Positions 28,501-43,330 of a stretch of DNA of 64,000 bases are shown here, one piece after another. Origin of the DNA: Eledone cirrhosa. Taxonomy: Eukaryota. The first letter of the stretch is position 1. The number at the start of each line of letters is the position of its first letter. Location: contig OZ024743.1 in NCBI GenBank assembly GCA_964016885.1, forward strand, positions 208,940,001 to 209,004,000, read 5' to 3'. The translations under genes and the position numbers were made by a program. The notes under the pieces were generated by a model, which ran no database searches, was not told where the DNA came from, and saw nothing but the letters and a program-made list of their open reading frames with translations.

Positions 28501-31500
28501 GATATACCACAGTTTACCATCCTATAGCCACACATGAAAGCTGTTCACTCCATAAGATATACCACAGTTTACCATCCTATAGCCACACATGAAAGCTCTT
28601 CACTCCATAAGATATACCACAGTTTACCATCCTATAGCCACACATGGAAGCTCTTCACTCCATAAGATATACCACAGTTGACCATCATATAGCCACACTT
28701 GAAAGCTCTTCACTCCATAAGATATACCACAGTTTACCATCCTATAGCCTTAGATGAAAGCTCTTCACTCCATAAGATATACGATAGTTTACCATCCTAT
28801 AGCCAGATGAAAGCTCTTAAATCCATAAGATATACCACAGTTTACCATCCTATAGCCACACATGAAAGCACTTCACTCCATAAGATATACCACAGTTTAC
28901 CATCATATAGCCACACATGAAAGCTCTTCACTCCATAAGATATACCACAGTTTACCATCCTATAGCCACAGATGAAAGCTCTTCACTCCATAAGATATAC
29001 CACAGTTTACCATCCTATAGCCAGATGAAAGCTTTTCACTCCATAAGATATACCACAGTTTACCATCCTATGCCCACAGATGAAAGCTCTTCACTCCATA
29101 AGATATACCACAGTTTACCATCCTATAGCCACACATGAAAGCTCTTCACTCCATAAGATATACCACAGTTTACCATCCTATGGCCACAGATGAAAGCTCT
29201 TCACTCCATAAGATATACCACAGTTTACCACCCTATGGCCACAGATGAAAGCTCTTCACTCCATAAGATATACCACAGTTTACCATCCTATAGTCACATA
29301 TGAAAGCTCTTCACTCCATAAGATATACCACAGTTTACCATCATAGAGCCAGATGAAAGCTCTTCACTACATAAGATATACCACAGTTTACCATCCTATA
29401 GCCACAGATGAAAGCTCTTCACTCCATAAGATATACCACAGTTTACCATCGTATAGCCACACATGAGAGCTCTTCACTCTATAAGATATACCACAGTTTA
29501 CCATCCTATAGCCAGATGAAAGTTCTTCACTCCATAAGATATACCACAGTATACCATCCTAAAGCCACACATGAAAGCTTTTCACTCCATAAGATATACC
29601 ACAGTTTACCATCTTATAGCCACACATGAAAGCTCTTCACTCCATAAGATATACCACAGTTTACCATCCTATAGCCACAGATGAAAGCTCTTCACTCCAT
29701 AAGATATACCACAGTTTACCATCCTATAGCCACACATGAGAGCTCTTCACTCCATAAGAAATACCACAGTTTACCATCCTATAGCCACACATGAAAGCTC
29801 TTCACTCCATAAGATATACCACAGTTTACCATCCTATAGCCAGATGAAAGCTTTTCACTCCATAAGATATACCACAGTTTACCATCCTATAGCCACACAT
29901 GAAAGCTCTTCACTCCATAAGATATACCACAGTTTACCACCTTATAGCCACACATGAAAGCTTTTCACTCCATAAGATATACCACAGTTTACCATCCTAT
30001 AGCCACAGATGAAAGCTCTTCACTCCATAAGATATACCACAGTTTACCATCCTATAGCCACACATGAAAGCTCCTCACTCCATAAGATATACCACAGTTT
30101 ACCATCCTATAGGCACACATGAAAGCTCTTCACTCCATAAGATATACCACAGTTTACCATCATATAGCCACAGATGAAATCTCTTCACTCCATGAGATAT
30201 AACACAGTTTACCATCCTATGGCCAGAGTTGAAAGCTCTTCACTCCATAAGATATACCACAGTTTACCATCCTATAGCCACACATGAAAGCTGTTCACTC
30301 CATAAGATATACCACAGTTTACCATCCTATAGCCACACATGAAAGCTCTTCACTCCATAAGATATACCACAGTTTACCATCCTATAGCCACAGATGAAAG
30401 CTCTTCACTCCATAAGATATACCACAGTTTACCATCCTATAGCCACACATGAAAGCTCTTCACTCCATAAGATATACCACAGTTTACCATCTTATAGCCA
30501 CACATGAAAGCTCTTCACTCCATAAGATATACCACAGTTTACCATCCTATAGCCACACATGAAAGCTCCTCACTCCATGAGATATACCACAGTTTACCAT
30601 CCTATAGCCACAGATGAAAACTCTTCACTCCATAAGATATACCACAGTTTACCATCCTATGGCCAGAGATGAAAGCTCTTCACTCCATAAGATATACCAC
30701 AGTTTACCATCCTATAGCCACACATGAAAGCTGTTCACTCCATAAGATATACCACACTTTACCATCCTATAGCCACACAGGAAAGCTCTTCATTCCATAA
30801 GATATACCACAGTTTACCATCCTATAGCCACACATGAAAGCTCTTCACTCCATAAGATATACCACAGTTTACCATCATATAGCCACAGATGAAATCTCTT
30901 CACTCCATAAGATATAACACAGTTTACCATCCTATGGCCAGAGATGAAAGCTCTTCTCTCCATAAGATATACCACAGTTTACCATCCTATAGCCACACAT
31001 GAAAGCTGTTCACTCCATAAGATATACCACAGTTTACCATCCTATAGCCACACATGAAAGCTCTTCACTCCATAAGATATACCACAGTTTACCATCCTAT
31101 AGCCACACATGGAAGCTCTTCACTCCATAAGATATACCACAGTTGACCATCATATAGCCACACTTGAAAGCTCTTCACTCCATAAGATATACCACAGTTT
31201 ACCATCCTATAGCCTTAGATGAAAGCTCTTCACTCCATAAGATATACGATAGTTTACCATCCTATAGCCAGATGAAAGCTCTTAAATCCATAAGATATAC
31301 CACAGTTTACCATCCTATAGCCACACATGAAAGCACTTCACTCCATAAGATATACCACAGTTTACCATCATATAGCCACACATGAAAGCTCTTCACTCCA
31401 TAAGATATACCACAGTTTACCATCCTATAGCCACAGATGAAAGCTCTTCACTCCATAAGATATACCACAGTTTACCATCCTATAGCCAGATGAAAGCTTT

Positions 31501-32530
31501 TCACTCCATAAGATATACCACAGTTTACCATCCTATGCCCACAGATGAAAGCTCTTCACTCCATAAGATATACCACAGTTTACCATCCTATAGCCACACA
31601 TGAAAGCTCTTCACTCCATAAGATATACCACAGTTTACCATCCTATGGCCACAGATGAAAGCTCTTCACTCCATAAGATATACCACAGTTTACCACCCTA
31701 TGGCCACAGATGAAAGCTCTTCACTCCATAAGATATACCACAGTTTACCATCCTATAGTCACATATGAAAGCTCTTCACTCCATAAGATATACCACAGTT
31801 TACCATCATAGAGCCAGATGAAAGCTCTTCACTACATAAGATATACCACAGTTTACCATCCTATAGCCACAGATGAAAGCTCTTCACTCCATAAGATATA
31901 CCACAGTTTACCATCGTATAGCCACACATGAGAGCTCTTCACTCTATAAGATATACCACAGTTTACCATCCTATAGCCAGATGAAAGTTCTTCACTCCAT
32001 AAGATATACCACAGTATACCATCCTAAAGCCACACATGAAAGCTTTTCACTCCATAAGATATACCACAGTTTACCATCTTATAGCCACACATGAAAGCTC
32101 TTCACTCCATAAGATATACCACAGTTTACCATCCTATAGCCACAGATGAAAGCTCTTCACTCCATAAGATATACCACAGTTTACCATCCTATAGCCACAC
32201 ATGAGAGCTCTTCACTCCATAAGAAATACCACAGTTTACCATCCTATAGCCACACATGAAAGCTCTTCACTCCATAAGATATACCACAGTTTACCATCCT
32301 ATAGCCAGATGAAAGCTTTTCACTCCATAAGATATACCACAGTTTACCATCCTATAGCCACACATGAAAGCTCTTCACTCCATAAGATATACCACAGTTT
32401 ACCACCTTATAGCCACACATGAAAGCTTTTCACTCCATAAGATATACCACAGTTTACCATCCTATAGCCACAGATGAAAGCTCTTCACTCCATAAGATAT
32501 ACCACAGTTTACCATCCTATAGCCACAGAT
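22600..32530. repeat. Variant domain B (first block) of the satellite
   Basis: Enriched for TATGGCCAGAG, CATCATATAG, CATCATAGAG, GCCTTAGATG and CATCTTATAG variants, which are absent or rare in 1-22.6 kb and 32.6-43.9 kb. Confidence 0.8.
27600..32529. repeat. Near-perfect tandem duplication of a 2465-bp (45-monomer) block: ~27600-30064 and ~30065-32529
   Basis: ORF pairs 28699/31164, 28917/31382, 29408/31873 and 29736/32201 all differ by 2465. Private variants are shared (CACAGGAAAG, CACTTGAAAG, AAGAAATACC, ACCACCTTAT). Confidence 0.95.
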
Positions 32531-35500
32531 GAAAACTCTTCACTCCATAAGATATACCACAGTTTCCAGTCCTATAGCCACAGATGAAAGCTCTTCACTC
32601 CATAAGATATACCACAGTTTACCATCCTATAGCCACACATGAAAGCTCTTCACTCCATAAGATATACCACAGCTTACCATCCTATAGCCAGATGAAAGCT
32701 CTTCACTCCATAAGATATACCACAGTTTACGATCCTATAGCCACAGATGAAATCTCTTCACTCCATAACATATACCACAGTTTACCATCCTATAGCCACA
32801 CATGAGAGCTCTTCACTCCATAAGATATACCACAGTTTACCATCCTATAGCCACAGATGAAAGCTCTTCACTCCATAAGATATACCTCAGTTTACCATCC
32901 TATAGTGACACATGAAAGCTCTTCACTCCATAAGATATACCACAGTTTACCATCCTATAGCCTCACATGAAAGCTCTTCACTCCATAAGATATAACACAG
33001 TTTACCATCCTATAGCCACACATGAAAGCTCTTCACTCCATAAGATATACCACAGTTTACCATCCTCTAGCCACACATGAAAGCTCTTCACTCCATAAGA
33101 TATACCACAGTTTACCATCCTATAGCCACAGATGAAAGCTCTTCACTCCATAAGATATACCACATTTTACCATCCTATGGCTAGAGATGAAAGCTCTTCA
33201 CTCTATAGGATATACCACATTTTACCATTCTATAGCCAGATGAAAGCTCTTCACTCCATAAGATATACCACAGTTTACCATCCTATAGCCACAGATGAAA
33301 TCTCTTCACTCCATAACATATACCACAGTTTACCATCCTATAGCCAGATGAAAGCTCTTCACTCCATAAGATATACCACAGTTTACCATCGTATAGCCAC
33401 GCATGAAAGCTCTTCACTCCATAAGATATACCACAGTTTACCATCCTATAGCCACACATGAAAGCTCTTCACTCCATAAGATATACCACAGTTTACCATC
33501 CTATGGCCACAGATGAAAGCACTTCACTCCATAAGATATACCACAGTTTACCATCCTATAGCCACACATGAAAGCTCTTCACTCCATAAGATATACCACA
33601 GTTTACCATCCTATAGCCACACATGAAAGCTCTTCACTCCATAAGATATACCACAGTTTACCATCCTATAGCCACACATGAAAGCTCTTCACTCCATGAG
33701 ATATACCACAGTTTAACATCCTATCGCCACAGATGAAAGCTCTTCACTCCATAATATATACCACAGTTTACCATCCTATAGCCAGATGAAAACTCTTCAC
33801 TCCATAAGATATACCACAGTTTACCATCCTATAGCCACACATGAAAGCTCTTCACTCCATAAGATATACCACAGTTTCCAGTCCTATAGCCACAGATGAA
33901 AGCTCTTCACTCCATAAGATATACCACAGTTTACCATCCTATAGCCACACATGAAAGCTCTTCACTCCATAAGATATACCACAGTTTACCATCCTATAGC
34001 CAGATGAAAGCTCTTCACTCCATAAGATATACCACACTTTACAATCCTATAGCCACGCATGAAAGATCTTCACTCCATAAGATATACCACAGTTTACCAT
34101 CCTATAGCCACACTTGAAATCTCTTCACTCCATAAGATATACCACAGTTTACCATCCTATAGCCACAGATGAAAGCTCTTCACTCCATAAGATATACCAC
34201 AGTTTACGATCCTATAGCCACAGATGAAATCTCTTCACTCCATAACATATACCACAGTTTACCATCCTATAGCCACACATGAGAGCTCTCCACTCCATAA
34301 GATATACCACAGTTTACCATCCTATAGCCACAGATGAAAGCTCTTCACTCCATAAGATATACCTCAGTTTACCATCCTATAGTCACACATGAAAGCTCTT
34401 CACTCCATAAGATATACCACAGTTTACCATCCTATAGCCACACATGAAAGCTCTTCACTCCATAAGATATAACACAGTTTACCATCCTATAGCCACACAT
34501 GAAAGCTCTTCACTCCATAAGATATACCACAGTTTACCATCCTATAGCCACACATGAAAGCTCTTCACTCCATAAGATATACCACAGTTTACCATCCTAT
34601 AGCCACAGATGAAAGCTCTTCACTCCATAAGATATACCACATTTTACCATCCTATGGCTAGAGATGAAAGCTCTTCACTCTATAGGATATACCACAGTTT
34701 ACCATCCTATAGCCACACATGAAAGCTCTTCACTCCATAAGTTATATCACAGTTTACCATCCTATAGCCACACATGAGAGCTCTTCCCTGCATAAGATAT
34801 ACCACAGTTTACCATCCTATAGCCACACATGAAAGCTCTTCACTCCATGAGATATACCACAGTTTAACATCCTATCGCCACAGATGAAAGCTCTTCACTC
34901 CATAAGATATACCACAGTTTACCATCCTATAGCCACAAATGAAAGCTCTTCACTCCATAAGATATACCAAAGTTTACCATCCTATAGCCAGATGAAAGTT
35001 CTTCACTCCATAAGATATACCACAGTTTACCATCCTATAGCCAGATGAAAGTTCTTCACTCCATAAGATATACCATAGTTTACCATCCTATAGCCAGATG
35101 AAAGCTCTTAACTCCATAAGATATACCACAGTTTACCATCCTACAGCCACACATGAAAGCTTTTCACTCCATAAGATATACCACAGTTTACCATCCTATA
35201 GCCAGATGAAAGTTCTTCACTCCATAAGATATACCACAGTTTACCATCCTATAGCCACACATGAAAGCTCTTCACTCCATAAGATATACCACAGTTTACC
35301 ATCCTATAGCCACACATGAAAGATCTTCACTCCATAAGATATACCACAGTTCACCTTCCTATAGCCACACATGAAAGCACTTCACTACATAAGATATACC
35401 ACAGTTTACCATCCTATAGCCACAGATGAAAGCTCTTCACTCCATAAGATATACCACAGTTTACCATCCTATAGTCACACATGAAAGCTCTTCACTCCAT

Positions 35501-37789
35501 AAGATATACCACAGTTTACCATCCTATGGCCACAGATGAAAGCTCTTCACTCCATAAGATATACCACAGTTTACCATCCTATAGCCACACATGAAAGCTC
35601 TTCACTCCATAAGATATACCACAGTTTACCATCCTATAGCCACACATGAAAGCTCTTCACTCCATAAGATATACCACAGTTTACCATCCTATAGCCACAC
35701 ATGAAAGCTCTTCACTCCATGAGATATACCACAGTTTAACATCCTATCGCCACAGATGAAAGCTCTTCACTCCATAATATATACCACAGTTTACCATCCT
35801 ATAGCCAGATGAAAGCTCTTCACTCCATAACATATACCACAGTTTACCATCCTATAGCCACAGATGAAAGCTCTTCACTCCATAAGATATACCACAGTTT
35901 ACCATCCTATAGCCACGCCACGGATGAAAGCTCTTCACTCCATAAGATATACCACAGTTTACCATCCTATAGCCACAGATGAAAGCTCTTCACTCCATAA
36001 GATATACCACAGTTTACCATCCTATAGTCACACATGAACGCTCTTCACTCCTTAAGATATACCACAGTTTACCATCCTATAGCCACAGATGAAAGCTGTT
36101 CACTCCATAATATATACCACAATTTACCATCCTATAGCCACACATGAAAGCTCTTCACTCCATAAGATATACCACAGTTTACCATCCTATAGCCACACAT
36201 GGAAGCTCTTCACTCCATGAGATATACCACAGTTTACCATCCTATAGCCACACATGAAAGCTCTTCACTCCATAAGATATACCACAGTTTACCATCCTAT
36301 AGACAGATGAAAGCTCTTCACTCTATAAGATATACCACAGTTTACGATCCCATAGCCACACATGAAAGCTCTTCACTCCATAAGATATACCACAGTTTAC
36401 CATCCTATAGCCACACATGAAAGCTCTTCACTCCATAAGATATAACACAGTTTACCATCCTATAGCCACAGATGAAAGTTCTTCACTCCATAAGATATAC
36501 CAAAGTTTACCATCCTATAGCCACACATGAAAGCTCTTCACTCCATAACATATAACACAGTTTACCATCCTATAGCCACAGATGAAAGCTCTTCACCCCA
36601 TAAGATATACTACAGTTTACCATCCTATAGCCACAGATGAAAGCTCTTCACTCCATAAGATATACCACCGTTTACCATCCTATAGCCGCAGATGAAAGCT
36701 CTTCACTCCATAAGATATACCACAGTTTACCATCCTATGGCCACAGATGAAAGCTCTTCACTCCATAAGATATACCACAGTTTACCATCCTATAGCCACA
36801 CATGAAAGCACTTCACTCCATAAGATATACCACAGTTTACCATCCTATAGCCACACATGAAAGCTCTTCACTCCATAAGATATACCACAGTTTATCATCC
36901 TATAGCCAGATGAAAGCTCTTCACTCCATAAGATATACCACAGTTTACCATCCTATAGCCACACATGAAAGCTCTTCACCCCATAAGATATACCACAGTT
37001 TACCATCCTATAGCCACACATCAGAGCTCTTCACTCCATAAGATATTCCACAGTTTACCTTCCTATAGCCACACATGAAAGCTCTTCACTCCATAAGATA
37101 TACCACAGTTTACCATCCTATAGCCACAGATGAAAGCTCTTCACTCCATAAGATATACCACAGTTTACCATCCTATAGCCAAACATGAAAGCTCTTCACT
37201 CCATAAGATATACCACAGTTTACCATCCTATAGCCACACATGAAAGCTATTCACTCCATAAGATATACCACAGTTTACCATCCTATAGCCACACATGAAG
37301 GCTCTTCACTCCATCACATATACCACAGTTTCCCATCCTATAGCCAGATGAAAGCTCTTCACTCCATAAGATATACCACAGTTTACCATCCTATTGCCAC
37401 GTATGAAACTCTTCACTCCATAAGATATACCACAGTTTACAATCCTATAGCCACACATGAAAGCTCCTCACTCCATAGGATATACCGCAGTTTACCATCC
37501 TATAGCCACACATGAAAGCTCTACACTCCATAAGATATACCACAGTTTACCATCCTATAGCCACAGATGAAAGCTCTTCACTCCATAACATATACCACAG
37601 TTTACCATCCTATAGCCACACATGAGAGCTCTTCACACCATAAGATATACCGCAGTTTACCATCCTATAGCCACACATGAAAGCTCTTCACTCCATAAGA
37701 TATACCACAGTTTACCATCCTATAGCCACAGATGAAAGCTGTTCACTCCATAAGATATACCACAGTTTACCATCCTATAGCCACACATG

Positions 37790-39050
37790 AAAGCTCTTCA
37801 CTCCATAAGATATACCACAGTTTACCATCCTATAGGCACACATGGAAGCCCTTCACTCCATGAGATATACCACAGTTTACCATCCTATAGCCACACATGA
37901 AAGGTCTTCACCACATAAGATATACCACAGTTTACCATCCTATAGCCACACATGAAAGCTCTTCACTCCATAAGATATACCACAGTTTACCATCCTATAG
38001 CCACAGATGAAAGCTCTTCACCCCATAAGATATACCACAGTTTACCATCCTATAGCCACATGAAAGCTCTTCACTCCATAAGATATACCACAGTTTACCA
38101 TCCTATAGCCACACATGAAAGCTCTTCACTCCATAAGATATACCGCAGTTTACCATCCTATAGCCACAGATGAAAGCTCTTCACTCCATGAGATATACCA
38201 CAGTTTACCATCCTATAGCCACACATGAAAGCTCCTCACTCCATAGGATATACCGCAGTTTACCATCCTATAGCCACACATGAAAGCCCTACACTCCATA
38301 AGATATACCACAGTTTACCATCCTATAGCCACACATGGAAGCTCTTCACTCCATGAGATATACCACAGTTTACCATCCTATAGCCACACATGAAAGCTCT
38401 TCACTCCATAAGATATACCACAGTTTACCATCCTATAGACAGATGAAAGCTCTTCACTCCATAAGATATACCACAGTTTACCATCCTATAGCCACAGATG
38501 AAAGCTCTTCACTCCATAAGATATACCACAGTTTACCATCCTATAGCCACACATGAAAGCTCTTCACTCCATAAGATATACCACAGTTTACCTTCCTATA
38601 GGCACACATGGAAGCCCTTCACTCCATGAGATATACCACAGTTTACCATCCTATAGCCACACATGAAAGGTCTTCACCACATAAGATATACCACAGTTTA
38701 CCATCCTATAGCCACACATGAAAGCTCTTCACTCCATAAGATATACCACAGTTTACCATCCTATAGCCACAGATGAAAGCTCTTCACCCCATAAGATATA
38801 CCACAGTTTACCATCCTATAGCCACATGAAAGCTCTTCACTCCATAAGATATACCACAGTTTACCATCCTATAGCCACACATGAAAGCTCTTCACTCCAT
38901 AAGATATACCGCAGTTTACCATCCTATAGCCACAGATGAAAGCTCTTCACTCCATGAGATATACCACAGTTTACCATCCTATAGCCACACATGAAAGCTC
39001 CTCACTCCATAGGATATACCGCAGTTTACCATCCTATAGCCACACATGAA
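37790..39050. repeat. Short duplication, offset 766 bp (14 monomers): ~37790-38280 repeated at ~38556-39046
   Basis: Identical ORFs at 37952 and 38718. GGCACACATGGAAGCCC is at 37835 and 38601, and AAAGGTCTTCACCACA occurs in both copies. Confidence 0.85.
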
Positions 39051-39499
39051 AGCTCTTCACTCCATAACATATACCACAGTTTACCATCCTATAGCCACAC
39101 ATGAGAGCTCTTCACTCCATAAGATATACCGCAGTTTACCATCCTACAGCCACACATGAAAGCTCTTCACTCCATAAGATATACCGCAGTTTACCATCCT
39201 GCAGCCACACATGAAAGCTCTTCACTCTATAAGATATACCACAGTTTACCATTCTATAGCCACAGATGAAAGCTCTTCACTCCATAACATATACCACAGT
39301 TTACCATTCTATAGGCACACATTAGAGCTCTTCACTCCATAAGATATACCACAGGTTACCATCCTATAGCCACACATGAAAGCTCTACACTCCATAAGAT
39401 ATACCACAGTTTACCATCCTATAGCCACACATGAAAGCTCTTCACTCCATAAGATATACCACAGTTTACCATCCTATAGCCACAGATGAAAGCACTTCA

Positions 39500-42400
39500 C
39501 TCCATAAGATATACCACAGTTTACCATCCTATAGTCACAGATGAAAGCTCTTCACTCCATAAGATATACCACAGTTTACCATCCTATGTCCACAGATGAA
39601 AGCTCTTCACTCCATAAGATATACCACAGTTTACCATCCTATAGCCACACATGACAGCTCTTCACTCCATAAGATATACCACAGTTTACCATCCTATAGC
39701 CACATATGAAAGCTCTTTACTCCATAAGATATACCAGAGTTTACCATCCTATAGCCACACATGAAAGCTCTTCACTCGATGAGATATACCACAGTTTAAC
39801 ATCCTATCGCCACAGATGAAAGCTCTTCACTCCATAAGATATACCACAGTTTACCATCCTATAGCCAGATGAAAGCTAATCACTCCATAAGATATACTAC
39901 AGTTTGCCATCCTATAGCCACAGATGAAAGCTCTTCACTCCATAAGATATACCACAGTTTACCATCCTATAGTCACACATGAAAGCTCTTCACTCCTTAA
40001 GATATACCACAGTTTACCATCCTATAGCCACAGATGAAAGCTGTTCACTCCATAAGATATACCACAATTTACCATCCTATAGCCACACATGAAAGCTCTT
40101 CACTCCATAAGATATACCACAGTTTACCATCCTATAGCCACACATGGAAGCTCTTCACTCCTTGAGATATACCACAGTTTACCATCCTATAGCCACACAT
40201 GAAAGCTCTTCACTCCATAAGATATACCACAGTTTACCATCCTATAGCCAAATGAAAGCTCTTCACTCCATAAGATATACCACAGTTTACCATCCTATAG
40301 CCACACATGAAAGCTCTTCACTCCATAAGATATACCACAGTTTACCATCCTATGGCCACACATGAAAGCTCTTCACTCAATAAGATATACCACTGTTTAC
40401 CATCCTATAGCCACACATGAAAGCTCTTCACTCCATAAGATATACTACAGTTTACCATCCTATAGCCAGATGAAAGCTTTTCACTCCATAATATATACCA
40501 CAGTTTACCATCCTATAGCCATACATGAAAGATCTTCACTCCATAAGATATAACACAGTTCACCATCCTATAGCCACACATGAAAGCTCTTCACTCCATA
40601 AGATATACCACAGTTTACCATCCTATAGCCACAGATGAAAGCTCTTCACTCCATAAGATATACCACAGTTTACCATCCTATAGGCACACATGAAAGCTCT
40701 TCACTCTATAAGATATACCACAGTTTACCATCCCATGGCCACAGATGAAATCTCTTCACTCCATAAGATATACCACAGTTTACCATCCTATAGCCACAGA
40801 TGAAAGCTCTTCACTCCATAAGATATACCACAGTTTACCATCCTATAGCCACATATGAAAGCTCTTCACTCCATAAGATATACCACAGTTTACCATCCTA
40901 TAGACACACATGAAAGCTCTTCACTCCATGAGATATACCACAGTTTAACATCCTATCGCCACAGATGAAAGCTCTTCACTCCATAAGATATACCACAGTT
41001 TACCATCCTATAGCCAGATGAAAGCTCTTCACTCCATAAGATATACCACAGTTTACCATCCTATAGCCACAGATGAAAGCTCTTCACTCCATAAGATATA
41101 CCACAGTTTACCATCCTATAGCCACAGATGAAAGCTCTTCACTCCATAAGATATACCACAGTTTAACATCCTATAGCCATAGATGAAAGCTCTTCACTCC
41201 ATAAGATATACGACAGTTTACCATCCTATAGCCAGATGAAAGCTCTTAAATCCGTAAGATATACCACAGTTTACCATCCTATAGCCACACATGAAAGCTC
41301 TTCACTCCATAAGATATACCACAGTTTACCACCCTATGGCCACAGATGAAAGCTCTTCACTCCATAAGATATACCACAGTTTACCATCCTATAGTCACAT
41401 ATGAAAGCTCTTCACTCCATAAGATATACCACAGTTTACCATCCTATAGTCACAGATGAAAGCTCTTCACTCCATAAGATATACCACAGTTTACCATCCT
41501 ATGTCCACAGATGAAAGCTCTTCACTCCATAAGATATACCACAGTTTACCATCCTATAGCCACACATGACAGCTCTTCACTCCATAAGATATACCACAGT
41601 TTACCATCCTATAGCCACATATGAAAGCTCTTTACTCCATAAGATATACCAGAGTTTACCATCCTATAGCCACACATGAAAGCTCTTCACTCGATGAGAT
41701 ATACCACAGTTTAACATCCTATCGCCACAGATGAAAGCTCTTCACTCCATAAGATATACCACAGTTTACCATCCTATAGCCAGATGAAAGCTAATCACTC
41801 CATAAGATATACTACAGTTTACCATCCTATAGCCACAGATGAAAGCTCTTCACTCCATAAGATATACCACAGTTTACCATCCTATAGTCACACATGAAAG
41901 CTCTTCACTCCTTAAGATATACCACAGTTTACCATCCTATAGCCACAGATGAAAGCTGTTCACTCCATAAGATATACCACAATTTACCATCCTATAGCCA
42001 CACATGAAAGCTCTTCACTCCATAAGATATACCACAGTTTACCATCCTATAGCCACACATGGAAGCTCTTCACTCCTTGAGATATACCACAGTTTACCAT
42101 CCTATAGCCACACATGAAAGCTCTTCACTCCATAAGATATACCACAGTTTACCATCCTATAGCCAAATGAAAGCTCTTCACTCCATAAGATATACCACAG
42201 TTTACCATCCTATAGCCACACATGAAAGCTCTTCACTCCATAAGATATACCACAGTTTACCATCCTATGGCCACACATGAAAGCTCTTCACTCAATAAGA
42301 TATACCACTGTTTACCATCCTATAGCCACACATGAAAGCTCTTCACTCCATAAGATATACTACAGTTTACCATCCTATAGCGAGATGAAAGCTTTTCACT

Positions 42401-43330
42401 CCATAATATATACCACAGTTTACCATCCTATAGCCATACATGAAAGATCTTCACTCCATAAGATATAACACAGTTCACCATCCTATAGCCACATATGAAA
42501 GCTCTTCACTCCATAAGATATACCACAGTTTACCATCCTATAGCCACAGATGAAAGCTCTTCACTCCATAAGATATACCACAGTTTACCATCCTATAGGC
42601 ACACATGAAAGCTCTTCACTCTATAAGATATACCACAGTTTACCATCCCATGGCCACAGATGAAATCTCTTCACTCCATAAGATATACCACAGTTTACCA
42701 TCCTATAGCCACAGATGAAAGCTCTTCACTCCATAAGATATACCACAGTTTACCATCCTATAGCCACATATGAAAGCTCTTCACTCCATAAGATATACCA
42801 CAGTTTACCATCCTATAGACACACATGAAAGCTCTTCACTCCATGAGATATACCACAGTTTAACATCCTATCGCCACAGATGAAAGCTCTTCACTCCATA
42901 AGATATACCACAGTTTACCATCCTATAGCCAGATGAAAGCTCTTCACTCCATAAGATATACCACAGTTTACCATCCTATAGCCACAGATGAAAGCTCTTC
43001 ACTCCATAAGATATACCACAGTTTACCATCCTATAGCCACAGATGAAAGCTCTTCACTCCATAAGATATACCACAGTTTAACATCCTATAGCCATAGATG
43101 AAAGCTCTTCACTCCATAAGATATACGACAGTTTACCATCCTATAGCCAGATGAAAGCTCTTAAATCCGTAAGATATACCACAGTTTACCATCCTATAGC
43201 CACACATGAAAGCTCTTCACTCCATAAGATATACCACAGTTTACCACCCTATGGCCACAGATGAAAGCTCTTCACTCCATAAGATATACCACAGTTTACC
43301 ATCCTATAGTCACATATGAAAGCTCTTCAC
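39500..43330. repeat. Near-perfect tandem duplication of a 1915-bp (35-monomer) block
   Basis: ORF pairs 40144/42059 and 40362/42277 differ by 1915. Private variants ATGACAGCTC, ACCAGAGTT, CACTCGATGAG, AAGCTAATCA and CTTAAATCCGT recur at +1915. Confidence 0.95.
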
